This document shows positions 39,106 through 51,689 of a stretch of 64,000 nucleotides of DNA, piece after piece; positions within the stretch are counted from its first letter, which is position 1; each line of letters starts with the position of its first letter. The notes beneath the pieces are model-generated. The model made no database searches. It worked only from the letters and a program-made list of their open reading frames with translations, and was not told the DNA's origin. The stretch spans positions 2,792,001-2,856,000 of the forward strand of contig NC_045696.1 in assembly GCF_009834535.1 (NCBI RefSeq), in the 5' to 3' direction. The stretch comes from Camelus ferus. Taxonomy: Eukaryota. The position numbers were made by a program, and so were the translations under genes.

Positions 39106-39190
39106 TGCGCACGCACCACTGCGGAGTTCCTGCGCACGCACCACTGCGGAGTTCCTGCGCACGCACCACTGCGGAGTTCCTGCGCGCGCA
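39106..39190. repeat. Perfect 25-bp tandem repeat x3 plus partial copy
   Basis: tgcgcacgcaccactgcggagttcc at 39106, 39131 and 39156, then tgcgcgcgca at 39181. Confidence 0.97.
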
Positions 39191-39714
39191 CACCGGCGGC
39201 CTCGCGTTTCCCGGCGCTGCGCCTCGAGGCCACGCCCCCGGGCGGAGCGACCAATCACAGGTTCCCGCGGAGCCGGGCGCCTCAGCGGCCTGGGCGCCGG
39301 GACGCTCAGGTGGTTATTGCGGGTGTCTTGTCTGTCCTCCGGCCGAGTGGTCACCTGTGGTCATCCTGCAGGGCCACCTCTGGTGGGACCGTGGACGCGC
39401 TCTTGGCCTGTGAGTGCACTAGTCCCCGTGCTGGGCAGATCAGAAATGCGAGCTTCTTATTCTACCTGCATGTTTATAGGTTGCAGTGCACAGATGCGCC
39501 GCAAGTTAGGCGTAGTCAGGGAGTGGGGGTAGTCAGTCACTGGCCTCCTCCTCCCCGTACCACGCATGTCTTCACGCCCACTCCCGCCATACCGGTGCTG
39601 GGAGGGAGTCCATACAAGAGGAGCGCGCCCACATCTCACCTCCGCCGGGGAGGGGCCCTCCACCTGGGCTGAGACGAGATTCATTCAGGTGGCAGGAAAA
39701 TGGGGCAAAACAGG

Positions 39715-40409
39715 TGCTGCATGAACCGTGCTCCGTAGGGTTAACAAAAAAGCTTCACCGTGGGATTAACAGAAACTGGTGACTAACAGAAATTCTAGAG
39801 CTTGTCTTACAGAACAGCAGCTAAGGGACAGCTTGCTCAAAACTCCTCTACTTTTAACCCGCCTTCACTGAGCAAGCTCACCTTAATTGTTTTTGACTCC
39901 TTAACCACCCCTGTAGGTAACACCTCTGAGGTATGGATCACCGTAGGAACAGGGGCTTAATTTGTTTTCCAGGGACTTGGGGTGGGCTTCTGTCCAGTTC
40001 AAGCTGGCTAAGACTAGATGGGATCACCAACCCCAAAACTGGGCCTGTGGAAGCCGCAGGTGTGTGATGATTGACCTTTTGAGGTCAAAGGGCAGAAAAC
40101 TTCACCCGCAGTCATGCTAAGAGCCTCCATTTTTTTTTAACATGCTTCCCATGAAGTAACACGTAACTCAGATATGCCTGTGCCTCACCTTTTCCAGACC
40201 TGCAGCCTCCTGTCCCCACACCTGACACCGCCTGCTTCTTCATCTCGTAAATGCCTCAAGCCCCTCGCCTTCCAGAGGTGGATTTGAGATTTGTTCACCC
40301 ACCTTCTCACTTCACTGCCTTGTGAATAAATTTTTCTCTGCCTGCCGCAAACCTTGGCGTCTCAACATTTGGCTTCTGTGCGTCGGGCAAAAGAAGCTGG
40401 TTCAGTAAC
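39715..40409 (+). mobile_element. ERV1-class solo LTR
   Basis: U5-like end gtgaataaatttttctctg...gcaaaccttggcgtctcaacatttggcttctgtgcgtcgggcaaaagaagctggttcagtaac; AATAAA at 40325-40330. Confidence 0.65.
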
Positions 40410-42662
40410 CCCCAGACTCTTGTCAAAGGGGACTCTGGAGTCAAGTGGCTGCAATGGGACCTGTCACCATCCACCCTGGGAGGCAAAGACAACAGCTCAG
40501 CCTTAGGGTAATAATGAGAAAGGAGTCCTTGTCCCTATAGGAGGCAGGAAGAAAACATGCTATGGAAGAATCATGCTTTGCTCAAACCAGATTAACTCTT
40601 GTCTCTGGGGAAAAGTGTTCACTTGTCTTTGTGAACTGTGCTGACCTTACAGGTGATGAAGAAAACTGAAGGGGATAAGCCACAGCTGCCACTTGGGGGC
40701 CCTGATAGAGAATTGGAACGTCCACATCACTGTCCGTCAAGGAATCCAGAGCCCCCGTTCCCTCCCACCAGCCTCGGGGCACAGTCAACTAACGTAGATG
40801 TCCAGCTGGGGTCTTAAGACTCAAGAACCAAGTGAAAACACCTCCCCTAGTCAAGGAGGTGGGGGTACCAGCCAGAGTGGCCTGAGGAGGGGCACCTGCT
40901 TGAGGGCAGCCCTGCAGAGGGAGTGACCCGGTTGGGGAGTGGGGTGGGCATCTTAATGGTTTTCAAAGAAGCAAGAGGATTATGGATGTGAAGGTAACTA
41001 TGGCAACAGTGTGTTAAGACCGGCGCCTACGCCTGGGGGTGGGGGAGCTGGACCTGCTCTGTGGGGAGGTAGATGCCGGCCTACGCTGCATTTGGCCAAA
41101 AATGAACAGAAACAATAGGGCCAAGTGCAAGAGGCAAATAGAAAACAGAAAAACCAAGAGAGGCCGGAGGAAGGGCCGGTGGTTTCAAGAATATTTGTGG
41201 AGAGGGGATTGTAGTGTCAGCTGGAAAACTGCAGACTAGATTTTGCTGAGAGCAGGGGTTGTTCCTCCAGTTGTCACTTCTTTGCCTGAGTCTTTCTGCT
41301 GGCACCTGTCACCTGCCTGGAGCTCTAGCGAGTACTGACCCAACATTTTTAGGCAAAACCTCAAAATCCTATGTTTGTCTATAATCCTCAATTAATTATG
41401 TAATATTCTATCTAAACTACTAGAACTCACCCCCGCCCCACTCAAGGGTGAATTAACCTTCTTTTTAAGATAACTAGATAATTGGAGCATCACTTGGACC
41501 CAGTGATGGGTCCTGAACTTAAAGGTGTTTGGGCTAAAGAGGAAAATTAAAATACTCAGCGATCGCACCTTCCTCACGCATGAGCGAGGTCTGCGTTCTG
41601 ATCTAACACATGCATTCTTTGTAAGCCCCAAAGGAGATATATTATGGCATTTTCCTGTGTTAATTAATATAATTTAATTGTGTCTTAAAATTACAGAACT
41701 TTTACAAAACTTTCAATAACATTGTAGTTTTAAAACTAGTTTAGGATGACCATATTACTAAGTTACTAAGATAATTTTCTTTTTAATGAAAGAGAGTTAA
41801 AAAAAAAAAGATTGCTCAGCAACAGGAAAAGTAAATTTAAAGGCTTTTAGTAAAGAAAAAAATAAGGAAATAAGGAAAGTTATAGTTACTTTGGATGTTC
41901 CCAAAACTGTGCTGTAAAACATGCGTAACGCTGTCTGTCTCTGGTAGTAGTCAGTCACTAGATATTACGAAAACCCTCGGGTTACAAAACGTGTAGCGAT
42001 GCCAGGTACAACGTTACAAGCATAATTTCAAATGGTGGGTTCTGTTCTCATGCCCCTTCTGTTCCCGGTGGTCTCTGCTGGCTCCTGGCTCCTGTATTGG
42101 AAGCTCGTGTTTCTGGGCTCTTCTTTGTGGGAGTTCCCAAGTCCTGGGTTAAACATGCATTTCTCCTGAGTGGATTTGGGTTTTCTGTCTGCCAGACTCT
42201 TGTGAGTGCTGCTTATCTTGGTCTAGTGTGATCATTTTTTTCATAGTTTGGAATGTCCTGGACCACAGGAAGTGTGTGTCCCCAGAGGCCAAGAAACAGA
42301 GAAGCAAGAAACCACAAGAAGCCAGCCCTGCCCTGGGAGCGTTTGCTGATCTCAGTAAGCCAGGGCCTTGGTCTAACTGACGTCAGGAGAGGAGATGAGA
42401 CTTTGGCCCCGGAGCACTTGGGAGTGGGCTGGACAGCACCAGAGGAAGTCCTTGCAGATCTGCCCGTCAGTGATGGGGAGAACCTGGGCAAAGCCACCTG
42501 CTGGCAAAGAAACCTAGCAAAGCAAGGCCACAGGAAATGTGTCTGTGTCGGGTGGGGAAAGCTGTCTCAAGGCCTCTTCTTTCTCAAGTTTGGGGTTAAA
42601 ACATACGCATATGTCCCAGGGTCCAGGAAATTCCAGGTTATTTAACTATATTAAAATTTCTT

Positions 42663-42795
42663 GGAGGAGAAGGGTGGAGCTCAGTGGTAGAGTGCATGCT
42701 TAGCATGCACAAGGTCCTGGGTTCACTCCCCAGTACCTTTATTAAGTTAATAAATAAATAAATACATAAACCGAATCACTTCCCTCTCCAAAAAG
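42663..42795 (+). mobile_element. tRNA-Ala-derived camelid SINE (Vic-1-like)
   Basis: agctcagtggtagagtgcatgcttagcatgcacaaggtcctgggttcactcccc plus (taaa)n tail. Confidence 0.85.
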
Positions 42796-43620
42796 AAATA
42801 AATATATAAATCAAAATTACTCTTTAGCAAAAGGTACTACAAAAAGTGAAACGACCAGAAACAAATACAGCATTGTAGATCAACTCTACTGCAGTTTTTT
42901 TTTTAAATGGTGGGAAAAAAAGTGAAATGAGAAGTCACAAGCTGGAAAATCATTTAACTCATGAGGATTAGTATCCAAATACATAAAGTGTTTCCTGCTT
43001 ATTAGCAAGAAGGACAAGCCACTCAAAAGAATAGGATAGTGGCTACCTCTGGAGGGCGCTGGGGGGCTGGGGTGAGGTCTGCACGAGGTCTGGGGCTTCA
43101 GTTCTGTCAGTTAACATTAGTTCTTCAGATGTGTTGTGGGTATGTGAGCATTTGCTCTCAAACGTGTGTTTTTGATTTGTAAGAAATATTTCATGATATA
43201 CTTTGATGAGCTAAAAAACCCACAAATACTTTGTTGCATTTGGTGCTCCAAAGTTATATGATGGTTTTAGCTGCCCACTTTTTAATGGAAAAGATGTAGA
43301 TTCCAATAGTGCTACTAGAAATTCTGTCTTTGTGTCCCCTGAAATGGTGAGTAGGTTTGTCCAGCAAGCTCTTGTGTGTACGAATCTTGTGGCGATAACG
43401 CTGCTCTCAGTCACTCCGGATGGGCCAGCCAGGGCAAAACCTGCCCGCAGCTTTGAAGCTGTGCCTTCGTGTTTCTCCCAGCTCACCAAGTGGACTGTTA
43501 CTGGAGACCTTCCAACCCTCTAATGAGCAAATGTCACTACCCACTACTCGAGTAGCTAAGTGCTGCCACTGAGTAAGAACTCAGTTGTTAGGACACCACT
43601 GTCCCCAAAATGAACATGTA

Positions 43621-44222
43621 TGTTGCATTAGTCTGCTAGGGCTACTATGACCAAGTGCCACAAACTGGGTGGCTTTAAACAACAGAAGTTTGGGGGGAGG
43701 GTATAGCTCAGAGGTAGACCACATGCTTAGCTTGCCCAGGATCCTGGGTTCAATCTCCAGTACCTCCTCTAAAAATAAGTAAGTAAACCTAATTACACCC
43801 CCCCCCCCCAAATGTATTGTCTCACAGTTCTGGAGGTTGGAGTCCCACAACAAGGTGTCAGAAGGGCCCCTCAGCCTCTGTGACTCTGGGTAGAATCTTT
43901 CTTTGCCTCTTCCTAGCTTGTGGCCAGCAGTCCTCGATATTCCTAGGTTTCCCTGCGTCTGTCAGACCCTGCCTCCGTCTTCGCAAGGTGTTCTCCTTGT
44001 GTGTCTTCACGGAGTCTTCCTCCTGCGCATGTCTGTGTGTCTATATTTCTACTTTTTATAAGAACACCTGTCATGTTGGATTAGAGCCTGCCCTAAAAAC
44101 CTCATTGTAACTTGATTACCTCTGTAGAGACCCTCTCTCCAAATCAGGTCGTGTTCTGAGCTCCTGGGGGTTAGGACTTCAACATATCTTCTTTGGGGGA
44201 AACACAATTCAACCCATGACCT
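43621..44222 (-). mobile_element. MaLR MLT1-type LTR interrupted by a SINE
   Basis: ttagtctgctagggctact...ggtggctttaaacaacagaa [SINE] tgtattgtctcacagttctggagg...ggggttaggacttcaacatatctt...cacaattcaaccc. Confidence 0.8.
43692..43811 (+). mobile_element. tRNA-Ala-derived camelid SINE (Vic-1-like), nested in MLT1
   Basis: gggggagggtatagctcagaggtaga...cctgggttcaatctccagtacctcc...acctaattacacccccc. Confidence 0.85.
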
Positions 44223-44239
44223 GTGTCAAAACCAAATGC

Positions 44240-44373
44240 GGGGAGGGTGTAGCTCACGTGGTAGAGAGCATGCTTAGCATGCACAGGGTCCTGGGTTCAA
44301 TCCCCAGTACCTCCTCCAAAAATAGATAAAGAAGTAAACCTAATTACCTCCCTCCCCAAAATTAAAAAAAAAA
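44240..44373 (+). mobile_element. tRNA-Ala-derived camelid SINE (Vic-1-like)
   Basis: ggggagggtgtagctcacgtggtagagagcatgcttagcatgcacagggtcctgggttcaatcccc...acctaattacctcc. Confidence 0.85.
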
Positions 44374-44401
44374 CACCTAATGGGAGATTAGGAGTGACAC
44401 T

Positions 44402-47400
44402 ATTTTTTTTATGGAGAAATTGTCAAAGCTTTATAGAGACGTAACTGACAAAACATGGTGCAGGTTTAAGGTGTGTCATGTGATGATTTGCTATATGAAC
44501 AGTTGGCCCTTTGAACAACAGTGTTTGAACTGCAGGGGTTCACTGATAGTGAACTTTTTTCAATATATCGAGTACCTGTATTTTCGCTTTACAGATCTTC
44601 AACTAAGTGTGGGGAGAAGTTTGTTTGATTAGAGATCCTAGTATGTGGACTCAGAAGACCTAGGGTTTGAGCCCTATTCTGTCCACACCGTGTCGGCTTC
44701 CTACCCTGGGTAGAGTCCTTTATCAGTTCCTTTGTTTTTCAGGTAGAGATAGCTGGACATGCGTTTTCAACAGCACGGGGTCAGCGCCCCTAACCCCTGA
44801 GCTGTTCAAGGGTCAGGTGTATATATTGCAAAATCATTACCACCATAAGGTTAGTGAACACTTCCTTTACTCACATAGGTATACGTCTTAAAAAATTGTG
44901 GTAAGAACTTTTGAGATTTACTCTGTTATCTTTCCAGTATACAACCCAGTATTGTTAACGGTGGTCACCATGCTGGACATCACACGCCCAGGACTTGCCC
45001 ATCTTAGAACTGGAAGGTTTGTAGCCTTTGACTACTTTCACCATTTCCCCCCGACTCCCACCCTCCAGCCTCGCTCCCACCAGCTGCCAGTCTGCTCTGT
45101 TTCTATGAGTAGGGGTTTTTGGATTCCACATATGAATGAGGTTATACAGTGTTCATCTTTTTCTGTCTGCCTTACTTCGCCTCTAAGTTCATCCATGTTG
45201 TAAAATGGCAGAATTTACCTTTTTTTATGGCTGAATAATATACACATTACATTTTATTTCTTTTCTTTCATCGATAAAATGTTAATTTTTTTGAAATACA
45301 GTTGACATATAACATTATATTAGTGTGTACAACATGATTCAATATTTGTCTATAGTGTGCGGTGATGACCACAGTAAGTCTGGTTAACACCCATTACCAC
45401 ACATAGATGCAAATTTTTTTTTTCTTGTGATGAGAACTTTCAAGATTTACTCTCTTGGCAACTTTCAAACCTACAGTGCTGTATTATTAACAATACAGTG
45501 TTATTAACTATAGTCACAGGCTGTCCGTCATGTCTCCAGGACCTGTTTATCTTATAACTGGGAGTTTGTCCCTCTTGAACCTCTTCACCCATTCAACTCC
45601 CATCCCCACCTCCAGCAGCCATCATCTGTTCTCTGTATCTGTGAGTTTGGGTTTGGTTTTTTTTTAGATTCCACATATAAATTAGATAATACAGTATTTG
45701 TCTTTCTCTGACATTTCACTTTGCGTAATGTCCTCACGGTCCACCCATGGTACTGCATATAACACATTTTCTCTATCCATCCATCTGTTGATGGACACTA
45801 AGGTTATTTCCATGTCTTGGACACTGTAAATAATGCTGCAGTGAACATAGGGTGCAGATATCTCTTCAACAGAGTGATTTCTTGCCCTTTGGATTTATTT
45901 GCAGAAGCGGGATTGCTGGGTCATATGACAGTTCTGTCTTTTATTTTTTGAGGAATGGCCACATTGTTTCCCACGGTGGCTGCATCAGTGTAAGTTCCTA
46001 CTAACAGTGCACAAGGGGCCCCTTTCTCCACATGCCCACCAGCATTTGTTGTCTCTTGTCTTCGCAATGTTAGCCATTCTAACTGACGCGAGGTGATATC
46101 TTACTGTGGTTCTGATTTGCATTTCCATGAAGATTATTGATGTTGAGCACCTTTGCATGTACCTGTTGGCCTTCTGAATATCTTCCTTGGAAAAATGTCT
46201 TTTCGGGTCTTTTGACCATTTTTAACTGGATTATTTTTCTGCTGCTGAGTGGTATGAGTTCTTTATACATTTTGGATATTAACCCATTATCAGATGTATG
46301 ATTTGCAAGTATTTTGTCCCATTCAGTAGGTTGCCTTTTCATTTTGTTGTTTCTTTTGCTGTGGAGAAGCTTTTTAGTTTGATGTGTCTGATTTGTTTAC
46401 TTTTTATTTTGTTGCCTGTGTTTTTGGTGTCATATCCATATAATCGTTGCCTGGACCAATATCAAGGAGCTTTCTCCCTGTTTTCTTCTAGGAGTTTTAC
46501 GATTTCAGGCCCTATGTTTAAGTCTGCAATCCGTTTTGGGTTAGTTTTTGTGGGTGGTGTAAGATAGGGGTCCAGTTTCATTCTCTTGCGTGTGAGTGTC
46601 CAGTTATCCCAGGACCGTTTATTGAAAGGCCACCTTTTCTCCATGAGCATTCGGGCTCCCCTGTTACACGTGGGTTGACCGTACATGCGTGGGTGTACGT
46701 CTGGCTCTGGGTTCTCTCTGCTGGTCTGTGTGTCTGTTTTAGTGCCAGCACGTACCTGCTTTGCTTGCTAGAGCGTTGTCGCAGCTCTGCCCCCTCTCTT
46801 GGTGTTGGTCTGTCTAGCTCTTCTCCTTCATCATGACTCAGGCTTGGTAGGTTGTACGTTACAGGGGTCTGTCCAGTTCTTCTAGGTTATCCATTTCTTG
46901 CCTATTACTTTGGGCCTTGTGATCTTTCATGCGTCCGTGGTATTGGTTGTGATGTCTCCTCTTTCACTTCGGACTTTATGTATGTGAGCCCTCTCCTCGC
47001 TCTCGCTCTCTTTTTTTCTTAGTCTAGCTTAAGGTTTGTCAATTTCATCTTTTGAAAAACCAGCTCTTTGTTTTTATTGATCTTTTCTGTTGTTTTTCTG
47101 GTTTCTATTTTATTTATTTCTGCGCTGATCTTTGTTATTTTCTTCCTCAGGCTAACTTAGAGCTTTGCTCTTTTTCTAGTTCCTTGAGATACAAAGTTAG
47201 GTCGTTTATCTGGGGTCTTTCTTTTCCCTAAACGTAGGTGTTGACTGCTGTACACCCCCTCTCGCGCTCTTTCGCTGCATACCTTCAGTTTTGCTGTATT
47301 GCGTCTCCATTTTCATTTATTTCGAGATTTTTTTGATTTCCCTTTTGATTTCTCATTTGGCCCATTGACTGTTCAGGTGTGTGCTGTTCAATTTCCACGT

Positions 47401-50400
47401 ATTTGTGGAACTTCCAGCTCTTTTCCTGTTGTTGATTTCTAGTCTCATACAATGTGGTTGGAAACGATACTTAGTATGATTTCAGTCTTCTTCAATTTGT
47501 AAGGCTTGTTTCATGACCTATCACATGATCTATCCTGGAGGCCGTTCCTTGTGCACTTGAGAAGAACGTGTGTTCTGCTGCTGTTGGATGGAATGTTCTG
47601 TGTGTGTGTGTATTAGGCCAAGTGGGGCCTAAAGTACAGTCCAGCGTTTCCTCATTTGTTTCCTGTCTGATGACCTGCCGCTGTGGGAAGCAGGGCACTG
47701 AAGTCCCTCCGTGGTTACTGTACTGTTGTCCATCTCTCCCTTCAGATCCGTTAGTATTTGCTTACTATATTTAGATGCTCCAGTGTTGGGTGGGTATATA
47801 TCTGTATCTATGACATATAGACGTATGTTACAGCTTCTGGATGAACTGACCCCTTAGTCATTATAGAATGATCTTCTTTGTATCTTATTACAGTTCTTGG
47901 CTTAAAGTCTCTCTTCTCTGTATAAGGATTACTATCCTGCTCTCTTTTTGTTTCCATTTGCATGGAAATTCTCTTTCTATCCCTTCATTTTAAGTTTGTG
48001 TGTGTCCTTTAAGCTGAAGTGAGCCCCAGCTATAGTTGGGTCTTATTTTTTTAGCCATCCATGCACTCCATGCCTTTCATTAGAGAATGTAATCTATTTA
48101 CATTTAGAGTAATTATTGATAGGTAAGGACTTATTAATGCAGTCTTATTAATCATTTTCTGGCTGTTTTGATGTTTCCGTGTTTCTTTCCTCCTCTCTTG
48201 CTCTATTCCTTTGTGAACTGATGCTTTCCTGCAGTGATATGCTTTGATTCTCTTCTCTTTTTCTTTTGTGAATCTACTGTAGGTTTTTGCTTCGTGGTTA
48301 CCATGAGACTTACATAAAACTTTGTGTAGATATAGCAATTTTACAGTGATTAAAACTTAACTCAATTGCATACAAAAGCTGTACCCTTTTACTCCCTCCC
48401 CTTTATGGTTTTGATGTCACAATTTACCTTCCTAAATTGTGTGCTCATTAACAAATTATTGCAGCTGTAGTTGTCTTTAGTACTCTTCTTTTTAACCTTT
48501 GTACTCAAGTTAAGTGGTTACCATAGCCCTGTGTTACAGTGTTAGGAGTATTATGAATCTGACTATCTACTTACTTTTGCCATTGTGTTGTGTATTTTCA
48601 TATGTCTTCATGTAACTAGTTAGCATCCTTTCATTTCAGCTTGAAGAACTTCTTTTAGCTTTTCTTGCAGGCAGGTCTAGTGGCGATGAAGTCCCTCAAC
48701 AGTTTTGTTTGGGAATGTCTTTATTTTGCTTTCATTTCTGAAGGACAGCTTTGTCAGATAGAGTGTTCTTGGTTGGCAGTTTTCCCTTCCCGCACTTTGA
48801 ATGTTCGCCCCCCTCTTCCCTGGTCTGTAAGACCAGCCCACCGAGCAGTCTGCTGACTGCCTTCTGGGGACAGGTTGTAATTACAAGCGTCTCTTCTCTT
48901 GCCGCTTTTTAAGATTTTCTCTTTGTCTTTGATTTTTCACAGTTTTATTATAATGTATCCTGGAGAAGATCTCTTTAAGTTGAGTATGTTTGGTGGCCTG
49001 TGAGCTTCAGGAACTGGGATGCCCAAATCTTTCTCAGCCATTACTTTTTCAAATAGGTTTTCTACCACCCCACCCCCCTCTCCCTCTGCATCTCCGGTAC
49101 TTTGCCAGTTGTCTGTTTTGTTGGTTTCCCATAGATCATGTAGGCTTTCTTCACTGACATTTTAAATTCCTTTTCTTTGTTCTTCACTGGCTGGAATATT
49201 TCAAAGATCCTGTCTTCTGACTCACAGATTCTTTCGCCTGGTTGGTCCATTTTGTGGTTGATGGATTTTCACTGCGTTCATTGTATTCTTCAGCTCTGGA
49301 ATTTTTGTTTGGCTCTCACTTACGATTTCTGTCTCTGTGAAACTTCTCATTTTGTTCATGTACTGTTTTCCTGATTTCACTGAATTGCATTTCTTTGTTT
49401 TCTTATAGCTCATTGACTTTCCTTAAAAAGTTATTTTGAATTCTTGATCAAGTAAATCATAGATGTCTTTGGAATGGAAGATTAGTGTGCTCCTCTGGTG
49501 GTGTCCTGTTTCCTTGATTTTTCACATTCCTTGAGGTTTCGTGTTGCGATCTTTGCATCTGAGGTAGCAACCACCTCTTCTGGTCTTTACTAACTGCCTT
49601 TGGGAGAGAGATACTGTCCATCCACCCTGTGAGTGAGTCTGAGACTTTGTCAGCCCTTCTGTGGATATGCCTCTTCCACATTCTTGTTCTCTCTTGTGGC
49701 AGAATTCTTAAGCATGTGTGCCTTCTCCCCATCCTGCAGTGCACCTGGGGGAGTGCTCACAGCCTCCTGGTTGTTCACCAGAGGTGGTACAAAAGCTCAG
49801 GCTTGTGGTCTTTCCTTGGCCTGCAGATCAGGCCCATTCTCTATGTGTGTTCACTATTCATTTACAAAAACGCTCTCACTGCCTTTGGGAGTGCAGACAG
49901 GGAGCTGGCCCCACGGTGGGAGTGTGTGGGGGTGAGGCACACTGAGCACTGGGGCCAGCTGAGAGATCCACAGGCAAGGTGTGTCTAGATGGAGTCCGCA
50001 GCGCAGCCAGCAGCGTCAGCATCCCTTTAATGCCCTCTGAGTGTCCTGTCTTCTGCTCTCCCAGCCTCTTCCTGTCCCTCAGCTATGCAGCTCATGAATC
50101 AGTACTCTGAATGAGGCAAGAGAGAAAGACATCTCTTTGGCGGCACCTCGCACATCCCGGGGAGCCGGGCTCTCGCTCACATGCTCTCACTCCCCCTGTG
50201 GGAGGAGTCACGGGCTGAGAGTCTCTCTCTTGGCCCTAAGCTGTGTTGCCTTGGAGTGATGCGGGCACTGTCAAACTGTTTCTCTTACCCTCTCCATTGC
50301 ATCCAAACTTGCATCTTTTTTTCTTTTTTTGCTCTAATTATGTGCTAGAACTCATCCTCTGGAAATCCAGACTCCCAAACAAGCTCCTGCTCATGGGTGA

Positions 50401-50650
50401 CTGTCTAAGACAGCTCCCAGACCATGGTCAAGAGGCCATGGGCCACTGCAGGCTCCACAGCTGAGGCTGGCATCTGGGTGTCTGTTACCCAAGACTCGGG
50501 TGGACAGGACTCACCTGGGTTCCCTGGTATATGGTGCTGGATTCCACGTCCTACAATGGCACTTCTGTCTGTGAATGGACGCTAAATTTTTGTTATTGAG
50601 TCAGGGGACACAGTGAAGGATGTCTCATTCGGCCACCATGCTGATTTCCC
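44402..50650 (-). mobile_element. Large degenerate L1 (two 3' ends, ORF2 with internal deletion, ORF1 and 5' UTR remnants)
   Basis: Minus-strand ORF remnants MKRQPTEWDKILANHTSDNGLISKMYKEL, KRMKLDPYLTPPTKTNPK and RTFHPTAAEHTFFSSAQGTASRIDHVIGH (ORF2), and DQPGERICESEDRIFEI (ORF1). Many stops and frameshifts. Confidence 0.9.
44500..44819. mobile_element. Tigger2-type non-autonomous DNA transposon (MITE) inserted in an L1 3' end
   Basis: Imperfect TIRs cagttggccctttgaaca / tgttcaagggtcaggtg, followed by TA. Confidence 0.7.
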
Positions 50651-51419
50651 CACAAAGCTTTCTGGGAGTTGTATTGAACAAAGCACCACCTGCTGGCCTA
50701 AGGGGACAGGACAGTTTGAAGAGAAAAAAGGCCTCTGGGCCCCCACTTGCTAAGGGCAGGCAGAGGTCAAGAGTTACTCAAAGGGCACATTTTCCAAAGT
50801 GACCAAGAAGATGCTGGAAAAGGGGGTGCTATCCCAGAGGGCAGAGGTGAGGGTCACATTGGGTTACAGTTTGGGGAAACTCTCCCAGCAAGCAGACGCA
50901 CCTCATCAGGGGACACTGTCTACCCCTGTGTGCCCTGTAGACATTTCCCAGTGGATTTCAGAATTTCTGGGATGCAGCGATCGCTCTGTGCAACCCATTC
51001 CTCCGCTTTGCAAACGGAAGCGTGTATCATGGTTATCCTGCCGCCCCTCACCATTGCTCGTTGGCATGTGGGGCAGACATCTCAGGTTTTAGTTTGCAGG
51101 TCTCTGACCGAGAGAGGCCACACCTGAGGAGCAGCATTAACCTGGTACAGACCGCGAGGCCCTGGGCTTTGAGCCTGCTGCTGGGATTGGATGAGACTTT
51201 GGGGGACCTTGGGAGGAGGTGAGTGTTTTTCAGTTGGAGAGACTGAGGCCAGAGAATGGACTGTGGTAGATTTGACTCAGAATTGGCCTCAGTTCTCCAC
51301 CCTTCCCTTTCTCTAGGCCTTTTTCCCCCCAGTTTAATTTACCAAACTTTTATTTTCAAATACCTAGTAGTGTTGCTATAGTACAGTGAATCCTATCACT
51401 TCTTGTCTTTTTTCTTTAA

Positions 51420-51675
51420 ACATTTGTTTATTTATTATTTTTAATTGAAGTATAGTCAGTTACAATGTGTCAATTTTTGGTGTACAGTGTAATGTTTCAG
51501 TCATGCATATATGTACATGTATTTATTTTCATAGTCTTTTTCATTATAGATTACTACAAGATATTGAATACAGTTCCCTGTGCTCTACAGAAGAAATTTG
51601 TTTTTTCAAACCTATCTTATATATAGTAGCTAGTATTTGCAAATTTCAAACTCCCAATTTATCCCTTCCCCCCGC
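51420..51675 (-). mobile_element. L1 3' end inserted in an MLT1-type LTR
   Basis: ttttaattgaagtatagtcagttacaatgtgtc...acaagatattgaatacagttccctgtgct. MLT1-like tgtggtaga at ~51262 resumes at ~51690. Confidence 0.8.
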
Positions 51676-51689
51676 TCTGCCCCGGTCTC

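Larger units (their letters stand above)
38640..39400. promoter_or_regulatory. NDUFV3: NDUFV3 CpG-island promoter
   Basis: CpG-rich, with GC boxes, two CCAATCACAGG boxes (39063, 39251) and NRF-1-like TGCGCACGCA motifs. Confidence 0.85.

Noticed and set aside
39106..39190. CRISPR-like array
   Set aside because: Units are contiguous with no unique spacers, there are no cas genes and the context is mammalian.
45585..49413. Protein-like minus-strand ORFs
   Set aside because: Fragments of decayed L1 ORF1/ORF2 with stops and frameshifts; not an active element.
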